Below, piece by piece: positions 36,768-49,108 of a stretch of DNA of 64,000 nt. Each line of letters opens with the position of its first letter. Positions within the stretch are counted from its first letter, which is position 1. The notes below the pieces were generated by a model, which was not told the origin of the DNA, did no database searches, and worked only from the letters and a program-made list of their open reading frames with translations. The translations under genes were made by a program, and so were the position numbers. This DNA comes from Eledone cirrhosa (lineage: Eukaryota): NCBI GenBank assembly GCA_964016885.1, contig OZ024740.1, positions 118,916,001-118,980,000 of the forward strand, in the 5' to 3' direction.

Positions 36768-38864
36768 TTACCGTACTTTTGGTAGAGGAGGGATGGTTTT
36801 TACATCCCTTTTCACTTGATCGTCTGGTGAAGGGACCGTTGAATCGTCCCTTCGGCTGGTCGTCGGCTCTTCTAAGAGAATGTCTGAATATACTCTTCGA
36901 TTGATGGTTCCTCCTAGGTCCCTGAAATCACCAACTGCGTTGGGGAATTTCGTTTTAATGTTTGTGTATTGTTTCTGTGCTATTTTTAGCAGTCTTATGT
37001 TAGTTGGCGTTTTGATTGGTGCTGGTATTATGTAGTCCTGTTGTGAAATGTCTGTGTGTTCAATTATGTAAGTCATTAGTTTCTTGTTGTGTGTGTTTAT
37101 TGCCGTGCATTTGTTTTTCTGGGGGTGGGGTGTGGTTCTGCTATTTTCTTGTCGTTGTTGCTGGGTGTGTGTGTTTTGTTGTTGTGTTTGCGATGTTGGT
37201 GCTTGTGGTGGTGGTGTTGAAGGTGTTCTTGGCGGTGGGGTTGTCGCCGGTGGTGATGGTGGTGCTGGTGTGGGTGGTGATGGTGTTGGTGGTGTTGCTG
37301 CTGTGGGTCTCTTTGCAGTAGACTTTACCCTTTTCTCATTTCTTTCCTCCCTTTTCAAAGGCGACGATGCGCTGCTTCTGCGTTTGTGCCTTCTTGCGAC
37401 CTTTTGCCATCCCTCTCCCACCTCACACTCCATGTCTGATTCTGTAAGGTCGGGGAGGGGTACCAGCTCCACTCTTTCACTTGTTGTTGTTGGTGATGTT
37501 TGCACTGGAGTCTCTGTTGCAGCTGCATTTGGTATTGCTGTTGTTGTTGTTAATATTTCCACTGCTGCTGCTGTCTTTGATTTCCGTGGAGTGGGTATGG
37601 GTGCCACGGACCTATCGTTCCTGGTTGCCGCTTGTCCTGTTGCTGGTAGCCGTGGAGCCGGATTCGGAAGGAGGGGGGTTTTCTCCTTTCTCAGGGTCTT
37701 CTCGTTGCAGAAGGCCCTGAGGTGAGTCTTCGATCCACAGCGAAAGCATTTCGGGCGTTTGCCCTCAACACTTATGGGCAGTTGAGTGCCGTTATCGAAG
37801 TCTATCACATCCGGGATAGCTTCGATGCACTCCTGGTTGGTTTGGATTAGCATCTCAATGGAGGAGCCGACCCAATCTTCTCTTACTTTTTTCTGTACTT
37901 GCAGTACAGTTGTTTTGTCCTCGATTCCGACGAGGACAGACGCGGCCAGCCAAGAAGGGGTCATTCCGGGTGGGACGTGGGTCAGTTTGACCCTCACAAT
38001 TTTTTGCCCGCAGTAGGAGGGCACCAACACCATTTCCTCGCTCCTTAGGGTCACTACTGATTGGGCCTTTGCCTCCTGGGGTGTGGCAAAAAGTACGTCT
38101 ACGGTGGCGTATTTTTTGCCTCGGGTGATGTGCGTTTTCCTCTGCCACACAGACCCCAAGGCTTTTTGTATTTGGGCCTCTGTGGCTCTTTCCACCCTAC
38201 GGGATTTTGTACTTACTGTACGGTACGTGACCGTACAGTGCTCTTGGGTTTCGAAAAAATTTTTAGCTGCCTTGCAGATTGCTCGGTGTCCGTTCTTTGT
38301 CACCATCTTCTTCGCTTCCTCTAATTCCTCATTTGTTATGAGGATTGTTTCCAAGTTTTTCGCAATACCTGCAAATGAGATTGGTTTTTCTCTGCTGTTG
38401 TTGTTGTCGTCAGAGCTGCTGGTACTTTTGTTGTTGCTGCAGGTACTACGACTACTGCCTCCGCCGCTGTTGCTGTGGTTGTTGTTGGTGTTGCTGCTGC
38501 TAATGCTGTTGTTGTTTATGCTGCTGGTGATGCTGTTGCGGCTGCTACTGTTGTTTTCATTGTCACTGTTGCTGTTGTTATTACGGCTGCTACTGCTATT
38601 ATTCCTGACGTCAGACCAATGAACTGGGTTTTCGTATTTCCCGCACACCTGTTTCGTCGCTGTCGTCGTCGTCGTGGAGAAACCTTGCACGCTTTGCACG
38701 AGACTTTTCTTTTCTTTCGTCGCTTGCGAAAGAGAAGGGAGGGAGAGAGACACATTTAAAGAAGGGAGGGAGAGAGACAATCTTCTCTCTGCTGTAGTGA
38801 TGATTGAGGAAGAAGAAGACGGAATGAGTGGGAGTGACGTATGAAATTTCTTTTTGGTAGCCAT
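36768..38864 (-). CDS. ORF1: gag-like nucleic-acid-binding protein with one CCHC knuckle (698 aa)
   Basis: CFRCGSKTHLRAFC = C-x2-C-x4-H-x4-C; S/N-rich and P/T/Q-rich low-complexity arms; directly upstream of ORF2. Confidence 0.9.
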   Translation of the reverse strand: MATKKKFHTSLPLIPSSSSSIITTAERRLSLSLPSLNVSLSLPSLSQATKEKKSLVQSVQGFSTTTTTATKQVCGKYENPVHWSDVRNNSSSSRNNNSNSDNENNSSSRNSITSSINNNSISSSNTNNNHSNSGGGSSRSTCSNNKSTSSSDDNNNSREKPISFAGIAKNLETILITNEELEEAKKMVTKNGHRAICKAAKNFFETQEHCTVTYRTVSTKSRRVERATEAQIQKALGSVWQRKTHITRGKKYATVDVLFATPQEAKAQSVVTLRSEEMVLVPSYCGQKIVRVKLTHVPPGMTPSWLAASVLVGIEDKTTVLQVQKKVREDWVGSSIEMLIQTNQECIEAIPDVIDFDNGTQLPISVEGKRPKCFRCGSKTHLRAFCNEKTLRKEKTPLLPNPAPRLPATGQAATRNDRSVAPIPTPRKSKTAAAVEILTTTTAIPNAAATETPVQTSPTTTSERVELVPLPDLTESDMECEVGEGWQKVARRHKRRSSASSPLKREERNEKRVKSTAKRPTAATPPTPSPPTPAPPSPPATTPPPRTPSTPPPQAPTSQTQQQNTHTQQQRQENSRTTPHPQKNKCTAINTHNKKLMTYIIEHTDISQQDYIIPAPIKTPTNIRLLKIAQKQYTNIKTKFPNAVGDFRDLGGTINRRVYSDILLEEPTTSRRDDSTVPSPDDQVKRDVKTIPPLPKVR

Positions 38865-39347
38865 GTTTTTTTTTGTTTAAAATGAAATTTTGGGTACAAA
38901 ACCCCAATAACTGGTTATTTAACCCCGAAGGGCCAAATAACGGACAGAAAGACCCCTCTCACGAGGAGGAGGGTGTCTTTATCAACAATTTGGTTCAAGT
39001 TTTAAACAATTTACAATTGTTTTAACGGTTAAAAATTACTATACCTTACAGAGCCGAGCCTCCGTCAACCATGGCATTCAATAATAATAATAATAATGAT
39101 TTCTTTATTAACCACAAGGGTTTACATAAAGTAGACATTAAGGACAGTGCAGGACAATGCAGGACGGTACAAATGGGCATTTCTGCGTGTAAAAAACAAA
39201 AACAGAGGATGTAACAAAAAATAACAATGAAAAATTCCCCAATAGGGGGGAGACTTCGGAGGGACATTTGTGGAGAAAGCCCAGTAAAAAGCCACAATGA
39301 CCCTGACCACCAAGGCAAGTGCCCTCTCCCAGTTTTCCACCTTTAAT

Positions 39348-42300
39348 TTACAGATATATGCTCAGAGTAGGCCCATTCACTCGGGCCATTCTTGCTTCTC
39401 TCACCCATCTTTCAACAAAATGCTGGGAAGAGAGCACTTCCCTCTCTACTCTGATTTTCCTTTTCAAATGAAATTTGAAAAAGTCAATCAGAGCATCACC
39501 GAAGAGGTAAGTGCTCGTCTTCAGCCCTTTCAAACGTGTCCACCATACTATCTCTTTCGCCATGGCCACCAGGCAGATAAAAACTGCCTGCCCTTCCCGG
39601 CTAAAGGAGGAGGGCGGGGCAATCCTCACGATGGACTCAGATGATAGCCGGATCCGTCCTAAACGCGACAGCAGGTGTTCGACATAAACCCACAAGTCAG
39701 CAATTTTCGGACACTGGACGAGTGCGTGCAGGACGGTTTCGTCGCCCTGCGCGCATCTCGGACATGCCCGGCTGACGGCACCTCCATGCCTGTAGAGTTT
39801 ATCCCGAACTGGCAAGGCTCCTCGGTAGCACTGCCAGGCCAGAGATTTCTGGAAGTTGTCCATAGGCCCTGGCCCGAAAGTTCTTCCGAAGAGATTGGCT
39901 AGTTGATTTTCGTCGACGCCTAGAGTTTCCCCAAGTACGTCGTCGCTCTTCCCCTCCACTAATCCTCTATAGAACGCCGAGGTGGAGTTTCCACCGATCA
40001 CATTGCCCGATTGGTCGAGGGCTGTGAGCGCCTGAAGACATTCCAGTCTCCAGGCGCTCCCTCTCGGTCTTCGCTTGACCCAGGACTGCAGCTCCGTCAA
40101 GGAAACGAGCTGGGGAAACACGCGTCTAGCAAACGGCGACCACACCTGATCACCGTCGAGGAAGAGGTGGAGATGTCATAGCCTGAGCGCGTGCCTGCGC
40201 ATCATCAGCCACGGCATGCCCAGCCCTCCACGTAGCGGGTGTTGACAACAGATGGACCGCCTGACCATCGGAGCGCGTCCCTTCCACAAAAAGCGAAAGA
40301 GCAAACGCTCCAGCACAGTCAGGCGAGGCTTAGGACAAGGTACGACGGTCAGGCGGTAGCAGATGACGGACGCGATGTACGCGTTAGCCACCTCCGCTCG
40401 ACCTTTCAGGGATAGCTTCCTCTCGGCCCATTTCTGGGTGAGAGAAGCCACCCTGCTCGTCACCTCGTCCCAGTTTTAGTCCGTCTGGAGGTCCGGACCG
40501 AACCAGACCCCTAGCAATTTAACCGGTCCGTTCGTCCAGCGTCCGACGACGCTGTTGGACGGCATGGACCTGCCTCTCCAGGTGCCGAGCTGCAGGCCCA
40601 CTGACTTTTCCTGGTTGATCATTGCTCCTGTCACCGCTTCGTATTCTCTTAGTGTAGTGCCGATCGCCTCGATGTGTTTGGCGTTCGACACCACTACGGT
40701 GACATCGTCCGCATATGCTGATACGGATCTTCCGCATCCTAGTTCGCGCGGGACCCCCTCAACGTCTCCAGTTTGTGCAGTAATGGCTCGAGAGTCAATA
40801 CGTACAAGAGGGACGAGAGGGGACATCCTTGGCGGACCGAGCGCATGATGTTGAACGGTTCCGACAGGTGACCGTTCACTCTCACCACAGAGCAGATGTC
40901 GCTGTGCATGGCAGCGATCCAGCCTCTGAAGACGGGCCCAAAGCCAGCCGCCCTCAGGACTGCCGCTAGGTAGCGATGGTCGACCCTATCGAAAGCTTTC
41001 GACTGATCTAAATTGATCAAGGACCCACCCGTGCCAGGTTCCCTAGCTACCCTCTCTACGATGTATCGCATGAGGTGGAGGTTGTCGTGGATGGATCTGT
41101 CGGGAATGGCGCATGTCTGCGCCTCTCCCACCAGACCACCAACGACAAGCGCCAACCTCTTTGCTAGCACCTTGGCCAAAATCTTAAACTCTGTGTTTAG
41201 CAGAGTTATGGGCCGGAAATTTTCTATATTATCCCCCTTGTTCGGATCCTTTCTCAGCAGTGCCACCGCTCCTCGGCTCACAGAACTGGGAATTCTCCCG
41301 TTCTGTTGCCAGTTGCAGTAGACGTCCGCCAAGAGGCCTCCGAACAAGTCTGGCATCTGTACGTAAAGTTCATAGGGCAGACCATCCAAACCAGGCGATT
41401 TACCCCTTGTGCAGCCAGTCATTGCCTCCCTTACTTCAGCGGCTGTTATCGGCTTTTCGCAACACTTCGCCTCAGTGGCCGAGAGCCGCGGCAGTCCGTC
41501 GAGGTAGACACTAAAGTCCATCCCTCTACCCGGCCCACCGCTGCCCCCGAACAGCTGAGCGAAGTGTCGCTGAAAAGCTTCACACATTTGCCCGGGATCG
41601 AGTAGCATGCGCCCGTCGTGGTCCACCAAAGACCGGATCGTGGCTTTGTTGCCACGACGCGCCTCCGCCACTCGGGCCCATTGAACGGCTTTCGTCCCCT
41701 CGTGTCTGAGAGCACGCACCCTTGCTCTGACAACGCAGCCTTCGTGCTTTGCATTGAAGAATTGGTCAAGGGCCAATTTCGCCGCAAGCACGTCGGTCGC
41801 AACGCCTTTGCTAAGCGCCTCGTCTAATTTTCTAACTAGTTCTCCCTCTGCTCTATTTTTCTCTATTGCTAAAGCCTTACTAAATCTAATCGATTCTATT
41901 CTAATCGCTCTTTTCAGAGCAAACCACCACTTGTTGTTGACGATGGCCTCCGTCAACGCCCGCTTAACTAGTTCGCTAATCCGGTCTCTGTAGGCCTTGC
42001 GCGCTGGTAAGGACGCGTTTAGCTTCCAGTAGCCGGGTCCTCGTCTATGAAGCCTATCTAAGTCAAGCACACAGATCACGAATTTGTGGTCCGTGTAGCT
42101 GACTATCTTGAATTGTGGACAGCCTATGCTAGACCTATCTATTTCCCTACAAAATACTCTATCTAGATATGATCTGGATGACCCTATGCGGTTTGTCCAA
42201 GTCCACATTGGCACATTCGGGAAATCCAATCGGTACCTGTCAGACAGTTCAAAACGCCTGAGCAGGTTGGTGAGGCTCTTGCACCCTCCACCCCTATCCG

Positions 42301-42766
42301 CTAATCCCACACAGTCCCAGCGTGCATCTAAGATCCCGTTCCAGTCGCCCACTAACACTAAATAGCGCGACGTTCCAAGAAAGGTCTCCAGACGCCGCAA
42401 GAAATCAGGCCGCCCTGCTCCTGTCGGGGCATAGACGGCCACTAGCCTGAAAGCTTGCCCGTCTCCGCTGGTCACGTCCAGCACCACCAGCTTACCCTCT
42501 GGGTCCAGGAAGATGGCCCGTATGGCGAGATCCAAACCTCTCCGAAAAAGTACAGCAACTCCTCCACCGGATCCAGGACGGCTGGGAGATGCGTACACAT
42601 CGTAGCCGCCGAAGATCGGTGCGAAGGCCCGTGCTTCGGAGATTCTGGTCTCGCTGATGGCCACTACATCTATGTTTAGTGACCTGAGGTCGTTGAGCAG
42701 GTGACCCTGCTTCCATGACGACCCCAAGCCACGCGCATTTATGCTGCCTATTCTGAGTGAGGTCAT
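39348..42766 (-). pseudogene. ORF2 of copy 2, disrupted
   Basis: 1-bp deletion near 40754, AAA>TAA near 40478 and CGA>TGA near 40178 relative to copies 1 and 3. Confidence 0.9.
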
Positions 42767-42801
42767 GTTTAAAATAGAGTGGAAAAGATGGGAAAGACCA
42801 C

Positions 42802-44899
42802 TTACCGTACTTTTGGTAGAGGAGGGATGGTTTTTACATCCCTTTTCACTTGATCGTCTGGTGAAGGGACCGTTGAATCGTCCCTTCGGCTGGTCGTCGG
42901 CTCTTCTAAGAGAATGTCTGAGTATACTCTTCGATTGATGGTTCCTCCTAGGTCCCTGAAATCACCAACTGCGTTGGGGAATTTCGTTTTAATATTTGTG
43001 TATTGTTTCTGTGCTATTTTTAGCAGTCTTATGTTAGTTGGCGTTTTGATTGGTGCTGGTATTATGTAGTCCTGTTGTGAAATGTCTGTGTGTTCAATTA
43101 TGTAAGTCATTAGTTTCTTGTTGTGTGTATTTATTGCCGTGCATTTGTTTTTCTGGGGGTGGGGTGTGGTTCTGCTATTTTCTTGTCGTTGCTGCTGGGT
43201 GTGTGTGTTTTGTTGTTGTGTTTGCGATGTTAGTGCTTGTGGTGGTGGTGTTGAAGGTGTTGTTGGCGGTGGGGTTGTCGCCGGTGGTGATGGTGGCGCT
43301 AGTGTGGGTGGTGATGGTGTTGGTGTTGTTGCTGCTGTGGGTCTCTTTGCAGTAGACTTTACCCTTTTCTCATTTCTTTCCTCCCTTTTCAAAGGCGACG
43401 ATGCGCTGCTTCTGCGTTTGTGCCTTCTTACGACCTTTTGCCATCTCTCTCCCACCTCACACTCCATGTCTGATTCTGTGAGGTCGGGGAGGGGTACCAA
43501 CTCCACTCTTTCACTTGTTGTTGTTGGTGATGTTTGCACTGGAGTCTCTGTTGCAGCTGCATTTGGTATTGCTGTTGTTGTTGTTAGTATTTCCACTGCT
43601 GCTGCTGTTTTTGATTTCCGTGGAGTCGGTATGGGTGCCACAGGCCTATCGTTCCTGGTTGCCGCTTGTCCTGTTGCTGGTAGCCGTGGAGCCGGATTCG
43701 GAAGGAGGGGGGTTTTCTCCTTTCTCAGGGTCTTCTCGTTGCAGAAGGCCCTGAGGTGAGTCTTCGATCCACAGCGAAAGCATTTCGGGCGTTTGCCCTC
43801 AACACTTATGGGCAGTTGAGTGCCGTTATCGAAGTCTATCACATCCGGGATAGCTTCGATGCACTCCTGGTTGGTTTGGATTAGCATCTCAATGGAGGAG
43901 CCGACCCAATCTTCTCTTACTTTTTTCTGTACTTGCAGTACAGTTGTTTTGTCCTCGATTCCGACGAGGACAGACGCGGCCAGCCAAGAAGGGGTCATTC
44001 CGGGGGGGACGTGGGTTAGTTTGACCCTCACAATTTTTTGCCCACAGTAGGAGGGCACCAACACCATTTCCTCGCTCCTTAGGGTCACTACTGATTGGGC
44101 CTTTGCCTCCTGGGGTGTGGCAAAAAGTACGTCTACGGTGGCATATTTTTTTGCCTCGGGTGATGTGCGTTTTCCGCTGCCACACAGACCCCAAGGCTTT
44201 TTGTATTTGGGCCTCTGTGGCTCTTTCCACCCTACGGGATTTTGTACTTACTGTACGGTACGTGACCGTACAGTGCTCTTGGGTTTCGAAAAAAATTTTC
44301 GCTGCCTTGCAGATTGCTCGGTGTCCATTCTTTGTCACCATCTTCTTCGCTTCCTCTAATTCCTTATTTGTTATGAGGATTGTTTCCAAGTTTTTCGCAA
44401 TACCTGCAAATGAGATTGGTTTTTCTCTGCTGTTGTTGTTGTCGTCAGAGCTGCTGGTACTTTTGTTGTTGCTGCAGGTACTACGACTACTGCCTCCGCC
44501 GCTGTTGCTGTGGTTGTTGTTGGTTTTGCTGCTGCTAATGCTGTTGTTGTTTATGCTGCTGGTGATGCTGTTGCGGCTGCTACTGTTGTTTTCATTGTCA
44601 CTGTTGCTGTTGTTATTACGGCTGCTACTGCTATTATTCCTGACGTCAGACGAATGAACTGGGTTTTCGTATTTCCCGCACACCTGTTTCGTCGCTGTCG
44701 TCGTCGTCGTGGAGAAACCTTGCACGCTTTGCACGAGACTTTTCTTTTCTTTCGTCACTTGCGAAAGAGAAGGGAGGGAGAGAGACACATTTAAAGAAGG
44801 GAGGGAGAGAGACAATCTTCTCTCTGCTGTAGTGATGATTGAGGAAGAAGAAGACGGAATGAGTGGGAGTGACGTATGAAATTTCTTTTTCGTAGCCAT
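42802..44899 (-). pseudogene. ORF1 of copy 2, frameshifted
   Basis: T7 instead of T6 run at 44146-44152 splits ORF1 (could be a sequencing error in a homopolymer). Confidence 0.85.
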
Positions 44900-45114
44900 G
44901 TTGTTTTTTGTTTAAAATGAAATTTTGGGTACAAAACCCCAATAACTGATTATTTAACCCCGAAGGGCCAAATAACGGACAGAAAGACCCCTCTCACGAG
45001 GAGGAGGGTGTCTTTATCAACAATTTGGTTCAAGTTTTAAACAATTTACAATTGTTTTAACGGTTAAAAATTACTATACCTTACAGAGCCGAGCCTCCGT
45101 CAACCATGGCATTC

Positions 45115-45144
<30 letters not shown>

Positions 45145-45145
<1 letters not shown>

Positions 45146-45305
45146 TTTTCTTTATTAACCACAAGGGTTTACATAAAGTAGACATTAAGGACAGTACAGG
45201 ACAATACAGGACGGTACAAATGGGCATTTCTGCGTATAAAAAAACGGAGGTTGAAATAAAATAACAAAGAAAAATTCCCCAATAGGGGGGAGACTTCCGA
45301 GGGAC

Positions 45306-45307
<2 letters not shown>
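45145..45307 (-). mobile_element. 163-bp 5'-truncated 3' UTR fragment of a related Tx1 subfamily
   Basis: Aligns with the element 3' end but has its own variants (GTTTTC end, TACAGGAC repeats, shorter A-rich part); flanked by (AAT)10 and (AAT)13. Confidence 0.9.
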
Positions 45308-45348
<41 letters not shown>

Positions 45349-45609
45349 TTTCTTTATTAACCACAAGGGTTTACATAAAGTAGACATTAAGGACAGTGCA
45401 GGACAATGCAGGACGGTACAAATGGGCATTTCTGCGTGTAAAAAAACAAAAACAGAGGATGTAACAAAAATAACAATGAAAATAACAATGAAAAAATTCC
45501 CCAATAGGGGGGAGACTTCGGAGGGACATTTGTGGAGAAAGCCCAGTAAAAAGCCACAATGACCCTGACCACCAAGGCAAGTGCCCTCTCCCAGTTTTCC
45601 ACCTTTAGT

Positions 45610-48600
45610 TTACAGATATATACTCAGAGTCGGCCCATTCACTCGGGCCATTCTTGCTTCTCTCACCCATCTTTCAACAAAATGCTGGGAAGAGAGCACT
45701 TCCTTCTCTACTCTGATTTTCCTTTTCAAATGAAATTTGAAAAAGTCAATCAGAGCATCACCGAAGAGGTAAGTGCTCGTCTTCAGCCCTTTCAAACGTG
45801 TCCACCATACTATCTCTTTCGCCATGGCCACCAGACAGATAAAAACTGCCTGCCCTTCCCGGCTAAAGGAGGAGGGCGGGGCAATCCTCACGATAGACTC
45901 AGATGATAGCTGGATCCGTCCTAAACGCGACAGCAGGTGTTCGACATAAACCCACAAGTCAGCAATTTTCGGACACTGGACGAGTGCGTGCAGGACGGTT
46001 TCGTCGCCCTGCGCGCATCTCGGACATGCCCGGCTGACGGCACCTCCATGCCTGTAGAGTTTATCCCGAACTGGCAAGGCTCCTCGGTAGCACTGCCAGG
46101 CCAGAGATTTCTGGAAGTTGTCCATAGGCCCTGGCCCGAAAGTTCTTCCGAAGAGATTGGCTAGTTGATTTTCGTCGACGCCTAGAGTTTCCCCAAGTAC
46201 GTCGTCGCTCTTCCCCTCCACTAATCCTCTATAGAACGCCGAGGTGGAGTTTCCACCGATCACATTGCCCGATTGGTCGAGGGCTGTGAGCGCCTGAAGA
46301 CATTCCAGTCTCCAGGCGCTCCCTCTCGGTCTTCGCTTGACCCAGGACTGCAGCTCCGTCAAGGAAACGAGCTGGGGAAAAACGCGTCTAGCAAACGGCG
46401 ACCACACCTGATCACCGTCGAGGAAGAGGTGGAGATGTCGTAGCCTGAGCGCGTGCCTGCGCATCATCAGCCACGGCATGCCCAGCCCTCCACGTAGCGG
46501 GTGTTGACAACAGATGGACCGCCTGACCATCGGAGCACGTCCCTTCCACAAAAAGCGAAAGAGCAAACGCTCCAGCGCAGTCAGGCGAGGCTTAGGACAA
46601 GGTACGACGGTTAGGCGGTAGCAGATGAGAGACGCGATGTACGCGTTAGCCACCTCCGCTCGACCTTTCAGGGATAGCTTCCCCTCCGCCCATTTCTGGG
46701 TGAGAGAAGCCACCCTGCTCGTCACCTCGTCCCAGTTTTTGTCCGTCTGGAGGTCCGGACCGAACCAGACCCCTAGCAATTTAACCGGTCCGTCCGTCCA
46801 GCGCCCGACGACGCTGTTGGACGGCATGGACCTGCCTCTCCAGGTGCCGAGCTGCAGGCCCACTGACTTTTCCTGGTTGATCATTGCTCCTGTCACCGCT
46901 TCGTATTCTCTTAGTGTAGTGCCGATCGCCTCGATGTGTTTGGCGTTCGACACCACTACGGTGACGTCGTCCGCATATGCTGACACGGATCTTCCGCATC
47001 CTAGTTCGCGCGGGACTCCCCTCAACGTCTCCAGTTTGTGCAGTAATGGCTCGAGAGTCAATACGTACAAGAGGGACGAGAGGGGACATCCTTGGCGGAC
47101 CGAGCGCATGATGTTGAACGGTTCCGACAGGTGACCGTTCACTCTCACCACAGAGCAGATGTCGCTGTGCATGGCAGCGATCCAGCCTCTGAAGACGGGC
47201 CCAAAGCCAGCCGCCCTCAGGACTGCCGCTAGGTAACGATGGTCGACCCTATCGAAAGCTTTCGACTGATCTAAATTGATCAAGGACCCACCCGTGCCAG
47301 GTCCCCTAGCTACCCTCTCTACGATGTATCGCACGAGGTGGAGGTTGTCGTGGATGGATCTGTCGGGAATGGCGCATGTCTGCGCCTCTCCCACCAGACC
47401 ACCAACGACAAGCGCCAACCTCTTTGCTAGCACCTTGGCCAAAATCTTAAACTCTGTGTTTAGCAGAGTTATGGGCCGGAAATTGTCTATGTTATCCCCC
47501 TTGTTCGGATCCTTTCTCAGCAGTGCCACCGCTCCTCGGCTCACAGAACTGGGAATTCTCCCGTTCTGTTGCCAGTTGCAGTAGACGTCCGCCAAGAGGC
47601 CTCCGAACAAGTCTGGCATCTGTACGTAAAGTTCATAGGGCAGACCATCCAAACCAGGCGATTTACCCCTTGTGCAGCCAGTCATTGCCTCCCGTACTTC
47701 AGCGGCTGTTATCGGCTTTTCGCAACACTTCGCCTCAGTGTCCGAGAGCCGCGGCAGTCCGTCGAGGTAGACACTAAAGTCCATCCCTCTACCCGGCCCC
47801 CCGCTGCCCCCGAACAGCTGAGCGAAGTGTCGCTGAAAAGCTTCACACATTTGCCCGGGATCGAGTAGCATGCGCCCGTCGTGGTCCACCAAAGACCGGA
47901 TCGTGGCTTTGTTGCCACGACGCGCCTCCGCCACTCGGGCCCATTGAACGGCTTTCGTCCCCTCGTGTCTGAGAGCACGCACCCTAGCTCTGACAACGCA
48001 GCCTTCGTGCTTTGCATTGAAGAATTGGTCAAGGGCCAATTTCGCCGCAAGCACGTCGGTCGCAATGCCTTTGCTAAGCGCCTCGTCTAATTTTCTAACT
48101 AGTTCTCCCTCTGCTCTATTTTTCTCTATTGCTAAAGCCTTACTAAACCTAATCGATTCTATTCTAATCGCTCTTTTCAGAGCAAACCACCACTTGTTGT
48201 TGACGATGGCCCCCGTCAACGCCCGCTTAACTAGTTCGCTAATCCGGTCTCTGTAGGCCTTGCGCGCTGGTAAGGACGCGTTTAGCTTCCAGTAGCCGGG
48301 TCCTCGTCTATGAAGCCTATCTAAGTCAAGCACACAGGTCACGAATTTGTGGTCCGTGTAGCTGACTATCTTGAATTGTGGACAGCCTATGCTAGACCTA
48401 TCTATTTCCCTACAAAATACTCTATCTAGATATGATCTGGATGACCCTATGCGGTTTGTCCAAGTCCACATTGGCACATTCGGGAAATCCAATCGGTACC
48501 TGTCAGACAGTTCAAAACGCCTGAGCAGGTTGGTGAGGCTCTTGCACCCTCCACCCCTATCCGCTAATCCCACACAGTCCCAGCGTGCATCTAAGATCCC

Positions 48601-49029
48601 GTTCCAGTCGCCCACTAACACTAAAGAGCGCGACGTTCCAAGAAAGGTCTCCAGACGCCGGAAGAAATCAGGCCGCCCTGCTCCTGTCGGGGCATAGACG
48701 GCCACTAGCCTGAAAGCTTGCCCGTCTCCGCTGGTCACGTCCAGCACCACCAGCTTACCCTCTGGGTCCAGGAAGATGGCCCGTATGGCGAGATCCAAAC
48801 CTCTCCGAAAAAGCACAGCAACTCCTCCACCGGATCCAGGACGGCTGGGAGATGCGTACACATCGTAGCCGCCGAAGATCGGTGCGAAGGCCCGTGCTTC
48901 GGAGATTCTGGTCTCGCTGATGGCCACTACATCTATGTTTAGTGACCTGAGGTCGTTGAGCAGGTGACCCTGCTTCCATGACGACCCCAAGCCACGCGCA
49001 TTTATGCTGCCTATTCTGAGTGAGGTCAT
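45610..49029 (-). CDS. ORF2 of copy 3: APE-RT-zinc finger (1139 aa)
   Basis: Same motifs as copy 1 with only a handful of amino-acid differences. Confidence 0.95.
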   Translation of the reverse strand: MTSLRIGSINARGLGSSWKQGHLLNDLRSLNIDVVAISETRISEARAFAPIFGGYDVYASPSRPGSGGGVAVLFRRGLDLAIRAIFLDPEGKLVVLDVTSGDGQAFRLVAVYAPTGAGRPDFFRRLETFLGTSRSLVLVGDWNGILDARWDCVGLADRGGGCKSLTNLLRRFELSDRYRLDFPNVPMWTWTNRIGSSRSYLDRVFCREIDRSSIGCPQFKIVSYTDHKFVTCVLDLDRLHRRGPGYWKLNASLPARKAYRDRISELVKRALTGAIVNNKWWFALKRAIRIESIRFSKALAIEKNRAEGELVRKLDEALSKGIATDVLAAKLALDQFFNAKHEGCVVRARVRALRHEGTKAVQWARVAEARRGNKATIRSLVDHDGRMLLDPGQMCEAFQRHFAQLFGGSGGPGRGMDFSVYLDGLPRLSDTEAKCCEKPITAAEVREAMTGCTRGKSPGLDGLPYELYVQMPDLFGGLLADVYCNWQQNGRIPSSVSRGAVALLRKDPNKGDNIDNFRPITLLNTEFKILAKVLAKRLALVVGGLVGEAQTCAIPDRSIHDNLHLVRYIVERVARGPGTGGSLINLDQSKAFDRVDHRYLAAVLRAAGFGPVFRGWIAAMHSDICSVVRVNGHLSEPFNIMRSVRQGCPLSSLLYVLTLEPLLHKLETLRGVPRELGCGRSVSAYADDVTVVVSNAKHIEAIGTTLREYEAVTGAMINQEKSVGLQLGTWRGRSMPSNSVVGRWTDGPVKLLGVWFGPDLQTDKNWDEVTSRVASLTQKWAEGKLSLKGRAEVANAYIASLICYRLTVVPCPKPRLTALERLLFRFLWKGRAPMVRRSICCQHPLRGGLGMPWLMMRRHALRLRHLHLFLDGDQVWSPFARRVFPQLVSLTELQSWVKRRPRGSAWRLECLQALTALDQSGNVIGGNSTSAFYRGLVEGKSDDVLGETLGVDENQLANLFGRTFGPGPMDNFQKSLAWQCYRGALPVRDKLYRHGGAVSRACPRCAQGDETVLHALVQCPKIADLWVYVEHLLSRLGRIQLSSESIVRIAPPSSFSREGQAVFICLVAMAKEIVWWTRLKGLKTSTYLFGDALIDFFKFHLKRKIRVEKEVLSSQHFVERWVREARMARVNGPTLSIYL

Positions 49030-49108
49030 GTTTAAAATAGAGTGGAAAAGATGGGAAAGACCACTTACCGTACTTTTGGTAGAGGAGGGATGGTTTTTAC
49101 ATCCCTTT

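Larger units (their letters stand above)
33051..39079 (-). mobile_element. Full-length L1/Tx1-clade non-LTR retrotransposon, copy 1 (both ORFs open)
   Basis: 5' end GAATGCCATGG, 215-bp 5' UTR, ORF1, 34-bp spacer, ORF2, 3' UTR ending AATAAAGAAATC followed by (ATT)n; (ATT)n at both ends. Confidence 0.95.
39098..45114 (-). mobile_element. Full-length Tx1 element, copy 2 (disabled)
   Basis: Near-identical to copy 1; separated from it by only (AAT)6 at 39080-39097. Confidence 0.95.
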
